Origin: Lama guanicoe | Lineage: Eukaryota | Assembly (NCBI GenBank): GCA_013239625.1 | Contig: MU054323.1 | Span: forward strand, 7,925,220-7,989,219 | Direction of reading: 5' to 3' | DNA: 64,000 bases | The notes under the pieces: model-generated | Seen by the model: only the letters and a program-made list of their open reading frames with translations | The model's database searches: none | Told to the model about the DNA's origin: nothing | In this document: piece by piece, positions 51,546 through 64,000 of the stretch | How positions within the stretch are numbered: the stretch's first letter is position 1 | How the letters are laid out: each line of letters starts with the position of its first letter | Made by a program: the position numbers and the translations under genes

Positions 51546-51853
51546 GTAAGACTTGGGAGCTCTGACATAAAGACTTGATCCCACAGGATCTGTCTACAAA
51601 AATTTAGAGTTGGGTAAGACAGCACGGGTTCAGTTATACTCTTATAGTTGCAGATTCTGTTAGTTACAAGGGAAGGTTAATTATTTGGTAAAGATGAAAA
51701 AAAAAGACGTAAGCCCTTTTTAGAGATGCTGTGCTCTCAAAGAGCTTCCTTTCTCTTGCTCTTAATTAGTAGATTTTAGTGTTCCCAAGTAACCCTAGGT
51801 GTGGTATAGCACCTGTTACCAGTGTACCTGGTCCTGTGTGTCTCCTTTCTCAG

Positions 51854-52034
51854 CTCCCTGCAGTGGCTGAGTTTTCCACCAGTGAGACCATGGGCCACTC
51901 TGCAGACCGACTGGCTGCTGCCTTTGCTGTTTCTCGACTGGAACAGGATGAGTACGCGCTGCGCTCACACCGCCTGGCCAAGAAGGCACAAGAGGAAGGA
52001 CTCCTTTCTGATATTGTGCCGTTCAAAGTACCAG
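51854..52034 (+). CDS. HADHB: HADHB exon 9 (181 nt)
   Basis: [60 protein letters not shown](G); cag/gtaaaa. Confidence 0.97.
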
Positions 52035-52183
52035 GTAAAACAGTTTGCTCCACTTTGTAAAGGAGAATGCTTCATGATACTTGTTAGGAAGATCCAAATT
52101 ACTCCTAAAACTCTAAAAAAGCCCCAAATGACTTCTTGGTAGATATGTTAGTTCTGTTTTCAGAATACTCAGCCTTTATTCTT

Positions 52184-53469
52184 TTTTTTTTTTTTTTTGG
52201 TCTCATTTATTCTTTTTTTTTTTAATTGAAGCATAGTTGGTTTACAATGTTGTGTTAGTTTCTGATGTAGAGCATAGTGATTCAGTTAAACAAACATATA
52301 TATAAAATTGTTTTTCATTATAGGTTATTACAAGTTATTGAATATAGTTTCCTGTGCTATATAGTAGGACCTTATTTATCTATTTCCATACTCTACTCTT
52401 TTTTTCTTCCAATTTTATTGAGATATAATTGACACACAGTACTGTTTCAGGTTTAAAACAATGATTTGACTTACATACAACATGAAATAAATATCGGAAT
52501 AAGTTCAGTGAACATCCATCATCTCACATAGATACAAAATGAAAGAAATAAAAAGTTTTTCCTTGTGATGAGAACTCAGCATTTACTTTTTTTCTTTTTC
52601 AGTTTTATTAGGTAGAGTTATTACAGTTTGACTGCATATATATATTATATTGTATGTAAATACATATATACATTATACTGCACACATGTTTTTTAGTTTA
52701 CATGTATGTACTGATCATTGTTTCTAAGAACAGATTAGAGCTTTAGCTTTTTAAACTTACATAGTTATCAGAGGAATATGAAGCCAACCACAAAATAAGA
52801 ATCAACAGAATGTAGTAATCCAATCATAAAGGACAGTCATATGTGCTAAACATATTCAAGAAATCAATCATCTAAGTTATAAATAATAATTAGTTCATTT
52901 GTGTCCTTTTTTTTTTTTAGATTCCACATGTAAATGATATCATATGGCATTTTTCTTTCTCTTTCTGGCCCACTTCACTTAGAATAACTGTCTCCATCCA
53001 TGTTGCTGCAAATGGCATTCTTTTATTCTTTTTATGGCTGAGTAGTATTCCATTTTATATATGTACTACATCTTTATCTAGTCATCTGTTGATGGACATT
53101 TGGTTTGTTTCCATGTCTTGGCTATTGTAAATAGTGCTGCTATGAACATTGAGGTGCAGGTGTCTTTTTGAAGTATATTTTTCTCTGGGTATATGCCCTG
53201 GAGTGGGATTGCTGGATCATATGGTAAGTCTATTTTTAGTTTTTTAAGGAACCTCCATACTGTCCTCAATAGTGGCTACACGAAACCGCATTCCCACCAA
53301 TAATGTAGAGAGGGTTCGTTTTTTTCCACGCTGTCTCCAGCATTTATCGTTTGTAGCCTTTTTAATGATGGTCGCTCTGACTGGTGTCAGGTGATATTTC
53401 ATTGTAGTTTTGATTTGCATTTCTCTAACAATTAGTGATGTTGAGCATCTTTTCATGTGATTGTTGTTG
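52184..53469 (-). mobile_element. Composite 5'-truncated LINE-1 insertion in HADHB intron 9
   Basis: ORF2p C-terminal remnants (52920-53460), interrupted 3' UTR, poly(A) at ~52184-52198, perfect 13-bp TSD agcctttattctt (52171-52183 and 53470-53482). Confidence 0.88.
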
Positions 53470-53865
53470 AGCCTTTATTCTTAAACATGGACTTAAGTTT
53501 CAATTTATGTTGTAACAACAGGTAAACATTTTAAAAGAAAACTTTTTCAAAGTCTCCTTTTAGATATCCCTGATATATTTTAGTTCTTTATATGCATGCC
53601 AATTTTCATTCATACGTCTTCTAGATAGAATAGCCAAATGTGAATGAGTAGCTTAAGAAAATAGGATGTCCTTTTTTTTTTCATTAAATCATTTAGATTA
53701 TTTCCCAATGTCCTCTAAGAGTTTAGTCAAAATTTGATATCTTGACAACTGTAAACGGCTTTCTTTTTAGTGACTAGGTAAGATTTATGTTTTATTTGTT
53801 CATCTAATTTTTCAAGCATATTTCTCTAGAGAATATATATAATGCTTGTGGTTCCTTAGAGTTAA

Positions 53866-54033
<168 letters not shown>

Positions 54034-55953
54034 TAGTGACTGTTATATTTGTGTACTCTCAATAGAAAAGCCCAAGATAGACGCATTTGTGTGTATTATG
54101 AATAGAAGTTTAAAAATATAGTTACTCATTACAAAGATAATATTGAAATAAAGTCATGGTTTTTAAAGCCATTGAAGTCACCTGTTCCAGCCACTGTTCT
54201 GATACAAAAAGCTGTTCTCTTCAGGCACTTTACCAGTCAGAAAACTGGCTGCCTATGCTTGGCACTGGAGATAAAGAGAGCAGTTGATTGTAATATAGTG
54301 AGAAAGTTCTGTGATGGCTGTAAGCATAGGCTGTTGGAGAAGATACATACATGGGTGAGTCAGAGAGGCTTCTTAGAGGCAGTAACAGTTGAGTAGCGAA
54401 TCTTAAAGAAAGAGTACAAGCCAATTGAAGAAGTGTAAAAAGGCATCCTAGGCAAAGAGAACAGCAAATGCAAAATCAGAGTTATAGGGACAAGAATTCC
54501 TTTGGAGAAAAGCATGGTTGGACTATAGGATATAAATTTGGGGAGTCGTGTTAAGACTTGGAAAGTAGGCCAGGAGAGTGACAAAATACCTCTTCTAGCT
54601 CTGATAGTTAGAAAATGATGCTTTCTACTGACCCCCGGGTTACTTTCCTATAAGCATCATGGAATAATTCTACCCTCATTTTTTGGGTGTGATTTTACTA
54701 TCTTCTAGTAGCTTTATATCCTTCCTCGGTTTTTTTTTTCCTTTTTCCTCCTCTTCAATTAAACATCCCTATTGATTAGGCTTGTAAGATGTGGTTTCCC
54801 TTCTGTTCCACCTTGGGTGTGGTCTTCTGGATGTAGTTCATCTGGTCAGTATTTCTTTTACAATATAACTCCCCTACCTGGACATAAAGTCTAGAAGGAT
54901 AGGCAAATGTTTGACATATTTGACCTTCATAAGTGACAATTTAATGCCTGCTCCTGAGCTAGGGGAAGGGTACCTGGGGTGGTTCCAGCTGGGTGGTAAA
55001 CCACTCTGTAAAGCCTGAGTGATGAAGGACCAGTTAGATGATGGTTTCCAAAACCAAATTGGATGATAGGGCCATATGGCCTGGGCTACATTCTTGACAG
55101 ATATGAACCCCCTCGATTATTTCTGAGGTGTGCTGGTTTATACCTTGAAAATCAGCAACACAAATCATCAGAGGCGATGCATCATAGATCTGTGGATTTT
55201 CAGAAATGTTCTTAGTGTACCACATTCATTGCAATTTTGTGCACATTGAATATATTATTAATGTGATGCTCTTAAACCATTTATTATGTATAAGTCACCT
55301 GTGATTCCAGACTTTATGGCTGCCCTGTTGGTAGTGGCACCATAGCCTTTGCAAGGTTACTGAGTTATAAAAAATACAGCCTAATGTGGTGAAATTGTTT
55401 TGATTTTCAAACTCTAGAGAGTAGTTCCTTTCCTTTGGAATTTTGGATTTTTTTTTCATCTCTTTCTTTTGAAGCAATGAAATGGTGAAGGACTACCTCT
55501 TTATCCCCTTAGCTGTCAGTTGGAAAAAAACACATGGGGTGTGTCCAGAGAAGAAGACCATGGTTCTTATGTTCTCAGCTGTCTGCCTGTTTCTCCTTCT
55601 CCCACCAGTCTGCTTGTTATACAGTCTCAATAGAAGGAAGTCATCTTGGAACCACAGGCAGGAAGCAGCTGAGAAACAGTCCAGAAAATGTGAAAGTAAA
55701 TCAGTAAATAGGACATTTTTTTGAGATTATTTTAATTGACAAAATTCCTCATATTCTGCACCAACAGCAAAAAACTTTTCGGTTGTTTATTATCAATGCA
55801 TATTTCTAGAGTTGCCTGTCTGCCTCATCCGTTTTGATAATTATGGTGCTTTTTGAACAGGCTCTTCTACTTTCATCCTCCAAAAATGGGTCACTGTGTG
55901 TGTTTGAATTATGATTTAATGATGGAGAAAATGGAAAGGTTTTGTTGTATTAG

Positions 55954-56136
<183 letters not shown>

Positions 56137-56215
56137 TAAAGTCATGTTCAAATAAATTGCCTCTGGTTTCTTTTCTTTATTACTGAAACTAACCCCTCTA
56201 TTTTTTTTAATCTAG

Positions 56216-56263
56216 GGATTTTGTGTATGTGTCTCAGGATCCAAAAGATCAGCTTTTACTTGG
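56216..56263 (+). CDS. HADHB: HADHB exon 12 (48 nt)
   Basis: DFVYVSQDPKDQLLL(G); tag/gtaggt; preceded by an 80-nt intron. Confidence 0.96.
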
Positions 56264-56954
56264 GTAGGTAGCAATGCATATCCTTGGATTATAATCAGAA
56301 GTATTTGGTTACCCACATTATTACATAGATTTTAAAGTACGTTGAGCCCGGAGTTCATAATTGGTTTGTGTGTTGACTTTTTTTAAATAATAATAATCCT
56401 TTGTGTTGGTTTATCATTTTATAGTTTTGGATTCTTTTCCACTTTTACTATACTTTTCTACTTATGTATATAGCTTTGTATTCTTTATATTAAGCTGTCA
56501 TAAGTATTTTTTTTCATATTGCCACACACTCTGCTACACAGTCTTCAGAACAGCTTTTTATAAAAAGCTCCTAATGTTTGGACTACTCCCCCTCCCTCAC
56601 AAGGCTCACCCTAACTGGCCTCCATTATGTCCCTTAACTTGCCATGCCCATGCTTATGCTGTGCCCTTCGAAGTCTGTGTTCTTCTAACTCTTCACATTA
56701 TTAGTTTGTCCTTCTCTTTCATTGTTGACTTGCTTATATTCTGTTTCTCTGAATCTAGCATATCACCTGCAAAGTCAGAGGCCATGTCTGTTCAGTTCAC
56801 TGTTGTATCACTGGCACTTTATATTTCTACAGTAGAATCAGTGAATGAGTGGAGGACATTCTAATAATTATATAAAACTAAGTTTGGAGACTGTGAAGGA
56901 GCTCTTACGTTAAAAATTAGCATTTTAACATGTCATCAATTTTTTTCTTTTCAG

Positions 56955-57042
56955 ACCAACATATGCTACTCCAAAAGTTCTAGAAAAGGCAGGATTAACA
57001 TTGAATGATATTGATGCTTTTGAATTTCATGAAGCTTTCTCA
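56955..57042 (+). CDS. HADHB: HADHB exon 13 (88 nt)
   Basis: [29 protein letters not shown], with the thiolase HEAF motif; cag/gtaagt. Confidence 0.97.
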
Positions 57043-57418
57043 GTAAGTCACTTTAAAGACACATAGCAAGGGACTATAATCATAAAAATTGTAGTCTGTG
57101 TTTGTGGGAGAGAGCAAGGCATCGTTTATAATATGAGTAAAACTGGAGTGGAGCTTAATATTTGAAGTACTGATATATGCTGCTGGGAGGGGCATGAGGG
57201 GAGGAATCCAGGGCCACACATACAGAGTTGAAAAGTGCACCTTTTGAGGCTATCTCTTAGAGGCCCTTCAAAAGTACCAGATTTTTTTCTTTAAGAGATT
57301 TTCAATGAAGACTGAGTTAAAAATTTGCTCAACTTTAGAGTTAGACAATCTCATGTGTAAAAGAAATCCTCAAAGGATGTTACCAACAGGGTTCTTACTG
57401 AGTTATTATCACTTCTAG

Positions 57419-57493
57419 GGTCAGATTTTGGCTAATTTAAAAGCCATGGATTCTGACTGGTTTGCACAAAACTACATGAATAGAAAAGCCAAG
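57419..57493 (+). CDS. HADHB: HADHB exon 14 (75 nt)
   Basis: GQILANLKAMDSDWFAQNYMNRKAK; tag/gtaagt. Confidence 0.96.
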
Positions 57494-57520
57494 GTAAGTT
57501 TCTGATTAAAAATATGCTTG

Positions 57521-57670
57521 GGGAAGGAGGATATAGCTCAAATGGTAGAGCACATGCTTAGCATGCAGGAGGTCCTGAGTTCAATCCCCCAGTACCTCCA
57601 TTAAAAAAAAAAAAAGAACTAATAATAAATAAATAGACCTAATGACTTCCTCCCCAAAAAATAAAGTTAA
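57521..57670 (+). mobile_element. tRNA-Ala-derived SINE (camelid Vic-1-like) in HADHB intron 14
   Basis: tagctcaaatggtagagc...cttagcatgc...gagttcaatccc head, A-rich tail, perfect 13-bp TSD aaaaatatgcttg (57508-57520 and 57671-57683). Confidence 0.88.
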
Positions 57671-57888
57671 AAAAATATGCTTGAATTTCAAAAGCACTTT
57701 AACATTTGGAGCTTTGTTACCTTCTAATAAAAATATGAAGAGGAAAGCTTTTTCGTATGAAAAATTACGTCTTTCATTACATGTATCTGTTTCTTAGTTG
57801 GAAAATAGTTCCTAGAAATTCTTGAGATAAAATAAAAGCAAAATTTTAGATTGTCTGTTGTTCACCACTCTGATGTTTTCTTAGGTAA

Positions 57889-58173
<285 letters not shown>

Positions 58174-59331
58174 TAGTTTGAAACATTCTTAGAGCAATTT
58201 TTCTGATGGCAGAGAACCAGGAAAAAGAAAACAGCCCATTTTGGGGGGAATAGGGTACAATTTTAATTCTGATAGTACTTTGGAGGGAAGATTTTATTTA
58301 AATCCAAGCTTTTCTTTTCCCTAAAATATTGTTTACATTTTTTGTTCATAAAAGTAATACACACTCATTATGGAAATCACAGAAAATACAAAATAAGTAT
58401 GTAGAAAAAAATTAGAATCTTCTGTAATCCCCTCATCAGACACTGTCATTATTCACACTTTGATGTATTTTCTCCTTTAATAATAAAATTTTATTCATTT
58501 ATCTAGTCACCATGAGACCTTGTCTATAAAATCTCTCCAAGAGGTAAACTTTCTTGAGAACTGAACTATACTTTAATGGAGAATTAATTTACCTCTGGAT
58601 AACTTATTGCTATTTAGCTGGAGGAAATTATGTTTTTCTTTAGGCTTTTTCTATCTGCTTTACTTGTGTTACAGACACAACTTCCTACCTGCTATAGCAT
58701 GTCACTGTGGAAATAAAATCCAAAAGGAAGGCTGGCTGTAACCTTTTTTTTTTAACCCTGATGGAAACAGATTTGATTTTTCTCCAGATTACAGAAACTT
58801 TCTGTTACTAATCAAGATAAATAAATAAGATATGTAAAAGTATAAACATCTTACATTTAAAAGCCTTTATTTATGGCTTTTCCTCAGAGACTTTGAAGAA
58901 GCAAGGGGTCAGTTATTTTTAAGTTGGAATATTTTAGACTTCACCGTCAAAAGCATTTCCTAATCTGTGTAACTTCATTTATAGAAAACCACTGTCAGTT
59001 AGGACTGGAGCCCTCCTGCTTGTCTTCCTATGCCAGCCTTAAACAAGGGCAGTGACTAGTGCATAGTCCATGTAGGTTAGTGTCCTTTGGTTTTGAGTGT
59101 TCCCTAATTTTTTTATCTAGCACTTAAGAGTATTAATACTAGATGCTTTTGTGGATGAACAAAGAATAATACCCAGTATTATTATTATTTTTTTAGAAGT
59201 TTACAGGATAGTGAGGAGAGAGATGATGCATCTTAGAAACTAGATTAAACTTGGCATTGTTTCATCAGGAGCCAAATGAGCGATACAAACATGATGAAAT
59301 CAAGGAGGAATCCACCATTGTGGATCGAGAG

Positions 59332-59560
59332 CAGGGTTTCTCAGCTTTGGCACTGTTAACGTTTTTGGACCAGATAGTTCTTTGTTGTGGGGGGTTGTGC
59401 TGTGTGGTGTAGGATGTTTAATATAGTCAATACCCACTAGAGACCAGTACCAAACCGCCCCGTCCCTCACTATATACACACAGTTGGAACAACCAAAAAT
59501 ATCTCCAGACATTGCTAAATGTCCATTGGGGAGGGTAGGGGGCAGAGTCACCCCCAGTTA
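59332..59560. mobile_element. MER20-like hAT-Charlie DNA transposon
   Basis: cagggtttctcagctttggcactgtt...gtaggatgttta...acaaccaaaaatatctccagacattgctaaatgtcc...cccccagtt. Confidence 0.8.
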
Positions 59561-60379
59561 TTCAGAGTGATATACAAGATTTGGAACATGAAAACAACAC
59601 ATTTTAAATAAAACAAGTGAAGGAATATTCTCCTTACCATGGTTCCTTCTAGGACAACCGCAGGTCAGTCATACCTCCCCATCCCCGTTCTTTTGTTTGC
59701 TTGGTGCCTCTATTGAGGCGTTTAACAGTCTGTTTTGAACTAGAGTGTATATTAGATTGAGGACAGAGACCATGTAGCAAATCTTTGTACAGTGTTCAGC
59801 TTGGTGCCTTATAAATATAGTTGCTTAATAAACATTTGTGGGGATTGAATTGAATCTAGAAGCAGGGAGATTATTTAGGCTGTTAACGAGTTTGGTGGTA
59901 GTCCAAAAGATAGAATGACTATGATTATCAGATAGGATTTAGACTCACGGAATCATAAATTTCTATTCTAGGTTTAAACTAGGGAGATAATGAGTACATG
60001 GCACTGTGCATAGTGTCGGGGGAGGGATTTTCTACCTTTTTAGCTTTGAGGGCCCTCAGATCGTCTTCACTGGCATAGACTAGCGAAGAAGAGACCAGGT
60101 TTTTGGAATCATCTGGTTTCAAATCCTGGCCCTGTTGCTTACTAGCTCTGTGGATTTGGATGAGTAATTTAACTTTTCAAAGCCTCAGTTTTCTCATCTA
60201 GAAGCTTAGTTTTGTTGGCATTCACTGCATCACGTGTCTTTTTGTATGCTAAAAAGGCCCCCATGGCTTCTCATTTTAATTGCAGCCACTCACAGTGTAT
60301 CTACTGGGAATCAGACTCTACCAGACTCCGATGCGTATATTATGTGTGTGTGCGCACACACGTCGTATGCTATCTAATT

Positions 60380-60510
60380 TAATGCTCATGAAAACACTGT
60401 GAAGTAGGCACCATGAGCCCCATTTTATGCAGGAAACTGAGGTTCAGACTGGCTAATAACTTTCTCAAGAACACACGGGGTTTGAATGGCAGAGCCAGGA
60501 GTAAACTCCA
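60380..60510 (-). mobile_element. MIR SINE remnant just upstream of the HADHB terminal exon
   Basis: cccattttatgcaggaaactgaggttcaga...ggcagagccagga. Confidence 0.55.
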
Positions 60511-60604
60511 AAGCCTCATTGTCCCCGTTGTTCTCTGCTGCCTCTGTACTGCCAGATTCACTGCTTTTCATTGTTCTCACTGAACTTTTTTTTTCCCTTT
60601 ACAG

Positions 60605-60640
60605 GGCCATGCCATGATAGTGGAAGCTTATCCAAAATAA
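60605..60640 (+). CDS. HADHB: HADHB exon 16 coding part (terminal exon)
   Basis: GHAMIVEAYPK then TAA (60638-60640), followed by a tandem TAG. Summed CDS is 1428 nt = 475 aa + stop. Confidence 0.96.
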   Translation, partial: GHAMIVEAYPK

Positions 60641-61160
60641 TAGATCAAGAAGAGGTGACCTGGAGTTTCTCTGCAACACTCACCCTAGGCAATGCCATTT
60701 CAATGCATTACTCAGTGACATCTGTAGTTCCTAGGTCCTTAAGGAAAACGAAATTTGTGGCCTTCTGTTAAATACTTTGCAATTAAGCCTTGCCAGTGTT
60801 CTGAGCTTTCCAATAATCATGGCTTACTGCTCTTTCAGGGATTTCTTAGTCACCAGAATCTCTCACAGTGATAAGTTTAAGCAATTATGTTTGGTCTCTA
60901 TTATGAGTAATTGCAGTAGGGGAGAGATTAGCTGAGATTTGGAATCATCTTTGTATCATTTGCAAATTATAACTCATTCTTACTTGTTACCCAAAGATAA
61001 ATGTTTTCTATAAAATACAGACCAATGTGCCTAAATTAACTTAATTATGGAAAGATAATTCAGGGTCTAAACATCACTGAAAACTTACAGTAAATGTTTA
61101 GATATATAGATACCATATTGGTTAACCTTAATGAAGGGGAAAAGTATTAGAGAACTGTTT
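60641..61160 (+). other. HADHB: HADHB 3' UTR (3' end approximate)
   Basis: Non-repetitive AT-rich sequence after the stop. Candidate variant poly(A) hexamer AATGAA at 61130 with a U/GU-rich tract 20-40 nt downstream. Confidence 0.55.
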
Positions 61161-61659
61161 GCCTTATTTTTTCATAGAGGTAAAAGGTTGCTCTGTTGGC
61201 TTAGGAACAAATTTTGCTTTTGATTATTCATTTGTAACTTCTAACCATTTTATTCAACCATGAGGCTGTTAGGAACATAAAGAAGGTCCTGCTTTAGAAT
61301 AATACTTTTTTCCCCTGTTGCCCAACTGAAGTAAATATATCACTATTTGGAGATGCTTCTGTTTTCCAGGTTTAATGAAGTATAAAGAGATTTTTAAAAT
61401 TTAATCAACATAGTAAAAATCCTCTCAATTTTTGACAACCAAAGTGTATTAAGTGACATGTGTGCTAGTGATTTGAAGAAGCAGAGGTCTCAGTTGCAAC
61501 CATTTATGTGAATGTTGTTTAGGTCTATGAAAGTTACTGGCAATCAGAATCATCCTGCAGTTCAGGGACAGACTGGGCAAGGGAGCAAGTGCTAACCTCT
61601 TAAAAGATTATTTGAGAGTCCCAGCATCGTTTCTCCATGAGTTCATTGGTAAGTTCAAT

Positions 61660-63290
61660 ATAATACAAGTTTTTAACACTAAACCATTATATTTACATAT
61701 GACAAAAATCAACTCTAGGTAAGTTAAATATAAAAGGTAAAAAAACTTTAAAATTTAGAAAAAAATACGACTGTGACCTAAGGTTGGGGCAGGGAGGATT
61801 TCTTAAACAAGACATTTAAAGTGTTACCATAAAAGAAAAGACCTATAAATTGGCCTATGTTGAAATAAGAATGTTCTTTATATGATAGAGTGGAAAGACA
61901 AGCCACAAATGGGGCAAAGAAACAGATGTAACTTAAAAAGGATGTGCATATATATATGTCTCTTACATATCTTACAAAGATATCTGTCATATATATGATA
62001 GATATCATATACATGATATGATAGAGATATATCTTATAAGATGTACATGATATAGATATATTTCACAAAGGATCTAGGATATATACGGAATTCCTACAAA
62101 ATTAAGAAGAAAGATAACTCAGTAAAAAATGACAAAAGATATTAACAGATTTTTTTAGAAAATTATATACAAATGGAGAATAAATGTGAAAAGATGCTCA
62201 TTAGTAATCAAGAAAAACCAAATTAAGATCATAATGAGATATTTTATACCTACCAGACTGGCAAAAATGAACAAAACTGAGAATACCAAGCATTAGTAAG
62301 GATGTGGAACAATAGGAACTTTCTCTTCACTGCTGGTGAGAGTGCAAATTGATACAACCACTTTAGAAAACAGTCTGGCATTGTCTTGTGCATTTGAGTA
62401 CTTATAACTCATATATTTGATAAGGGGTTAATATCCAGAATATATAAAGAGCTCCTACAACTCAATAACTAGAAAACCCAATTTAAAAATGGGCAAATAA
62501 TTTGAATAGACATTTCTCTGAAGAAGATATACAATGATCAATAAGCAAATGCAAAGATAGTTGCCATCACTAATTGTTAGGGAAATACAAATCAAACTAC
62601 AATGAGATGCTACTTCACACCCATTCGTATGGCTATTATTAAAAAACGTGAAAATAACAAGTGTGGGTGAGGATATGGAGAAATTGAAACCTTTGTGCAC
62701 TGTTGATGGGAATGTAAAAATGTGCAGATGCCATGGAAAACCGTATAGCAGTTCCTCAAACAATTCATAGGATTCAGCAATTCCAGTTCTAGGTATATAT
62801 CCAGAATTGAAAGCAGGGTCTCAAAGAGATATTTCTACATCTGTGTTCATAACAGCATTATTCACAATAGCTAAAACTTGGAAACAACTCAGGTGTTCAT
62901 TGATGGATGAGTAGGTAAACAAAATGTGAAAATACTTAAAACGGAAGGCAATCTTGTCACCAGGGATGCTACACCATCGATGAACCTTGAGGACATTATG
63001 CTAAGTGAAATAACCCAGTCACAAAAAGACATACTGTATAATTTCACTTATACCAGATGTCTTAAACGGTCAAATTCATACAGACAGAATGGTGGTGGCC
63101 AAGTGTTGGGGGAGGGGGAGTGAGGAGTTGTTTAATGCATATAGAGTTTCTGTTCTGAAAGGTGAAAAGAGTTCTGGGGATTGGTTGCACAACAGTGTGA
63201 CTCTATTTAACACTACTGACCTGTATACTAAAAAGTGGTTAAAATGATCAGTTTTATGTGTATTTTACCACAATTAAAATTTTTTTTAAG
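61660..63290 (+). mobile_element. Old LINE-1 ORF2/3' UTR remnants (at least two nested pieces; junction ~62415)
   Basis: The ORF2 C-terminal motif appears twice (62180-62380 and 62540-62760); 3' UTR ending tgtattttaccacaattaaaa. Confidence 0.8.
61940..62085. repeat. Degenerate (GATAT/TA)n low-complexity tract
   Basis: Repeated gatat/atat units inside the L1 remnant. Confidence 0.6.
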
Positions 63291-64000
63291 GTAAGGGAAA
63301 ATAATTAGAACGGAAGTTACCTCTGGGTGGGGGACAGTGCATTTGGTTTGGGGAGGAGCACACAGGTTCTGTACTGTTTCAAAACATTCTATACGTACAA
63401 GAGAAAGCCAAGTTATCTTCATTAGCATGACTGCTACAAAGGATCACCCTTGGCGGTGGTTATAGGTGCCTCTTTGATGTTTGTTCTTAAATGTCTTAAA
63501 CTGGTTATGCTGTTCTTAAAGATCTCAAAACTTAAGTGTCTCTCTTTACTTGTAAAACTTTAGTTAGACCCTCTGTTCCACCAAATAATCATTTGGGAGT
63601 GGAACCTTTATTTGTCCTCATTTTTCATTCGAACTTCAGAAGGTTGGCTCCCCAACCTCTCCCCCACCCTGTCCCCACCGCTCCCCCGACCCCCAGATGT
63701 TTGCGTCTGATGATCTCTTTGCTTCCATCTTTCCTGAGAGAACAACTCTAATTCTTCTCAGCCTATGATGTCCCCCTATCCTTTCTCAGTTTTGTTTCTC
63801 CAAGCTTCTCAAATTCCGTCTCTCTCAAGGCATAAAAAGTAGTAGCATGGTCTCCTGGGCTTTCTTAGATTTTAATGGATGACTCAGAGGCCCTCTGCCT
63901 TTTTCTGCTGTGGTTTTGGGAGGATACTGAACTGTTATATTGTGCTTTCTCAATGAAGAGGGATCACTGATTGAGAGGAAATGGGACAGTGTGGGGATGG

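Noticed and set aside
56403..56864. 153-aa hydrophobic ORF in HADHB intron 12
   Set aside because: T-rich low-complexity intronic/repeat DNA giving F/L/Y-rich translation; GTG start and no splice support.
57521..57600. tRNA-Ala-like sequences (also at 8338 and 12478) as tRNA genes
   Set aside because: Mismatched stems, A-rich tails and TSDs mark them as SINEs.

Overview
Eukaryotic (mammalian) genomic DNA. It contains the head-to-head gene pair for the mitochondrial trifunctional protein. HADHA lies on the minus strand: coding exons 1-13 (1392 nt, 464 codons), with the rest of the gene off the left edge. HADHB lies on the plus strand: a non-coding exon 1 plus 15 coding exons giving a complete 1428-nt CDS (475 aa). 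The two genes share a CpG-island bidirectional promoter at about 30.5-30.9 kb. All coding-exon splice sites seen are GT-AG and phase-consistent, so both genes look intact. Three tRNA-Ala-derived Vic-1-like SINEs point to a camelid (alpaca/llama/camel); this is inference. Introns are full of L1, SINE/MIR, MaLR LTR and DNA-transposon remnants. I found no new multi-gene system. The most interesting local observations are: a TSD-flanked U13 snoRNA retrocopy; an ERV-L gag fragment joined to a truncated L1; a single-TSD composite L1 insertion carrying unidentified DNA; a stop-free, in-frame 87-nt HADHA intron at the presequence boundary; an in-frame upstream ATG in HADHA; no canonical poly(A) hexamer in the HADHB 3' UTR; and a perfect 61-bp tandem duplication. 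Repeat family names are from recognition, not database searches, and boundaries of old repeats are approximate.
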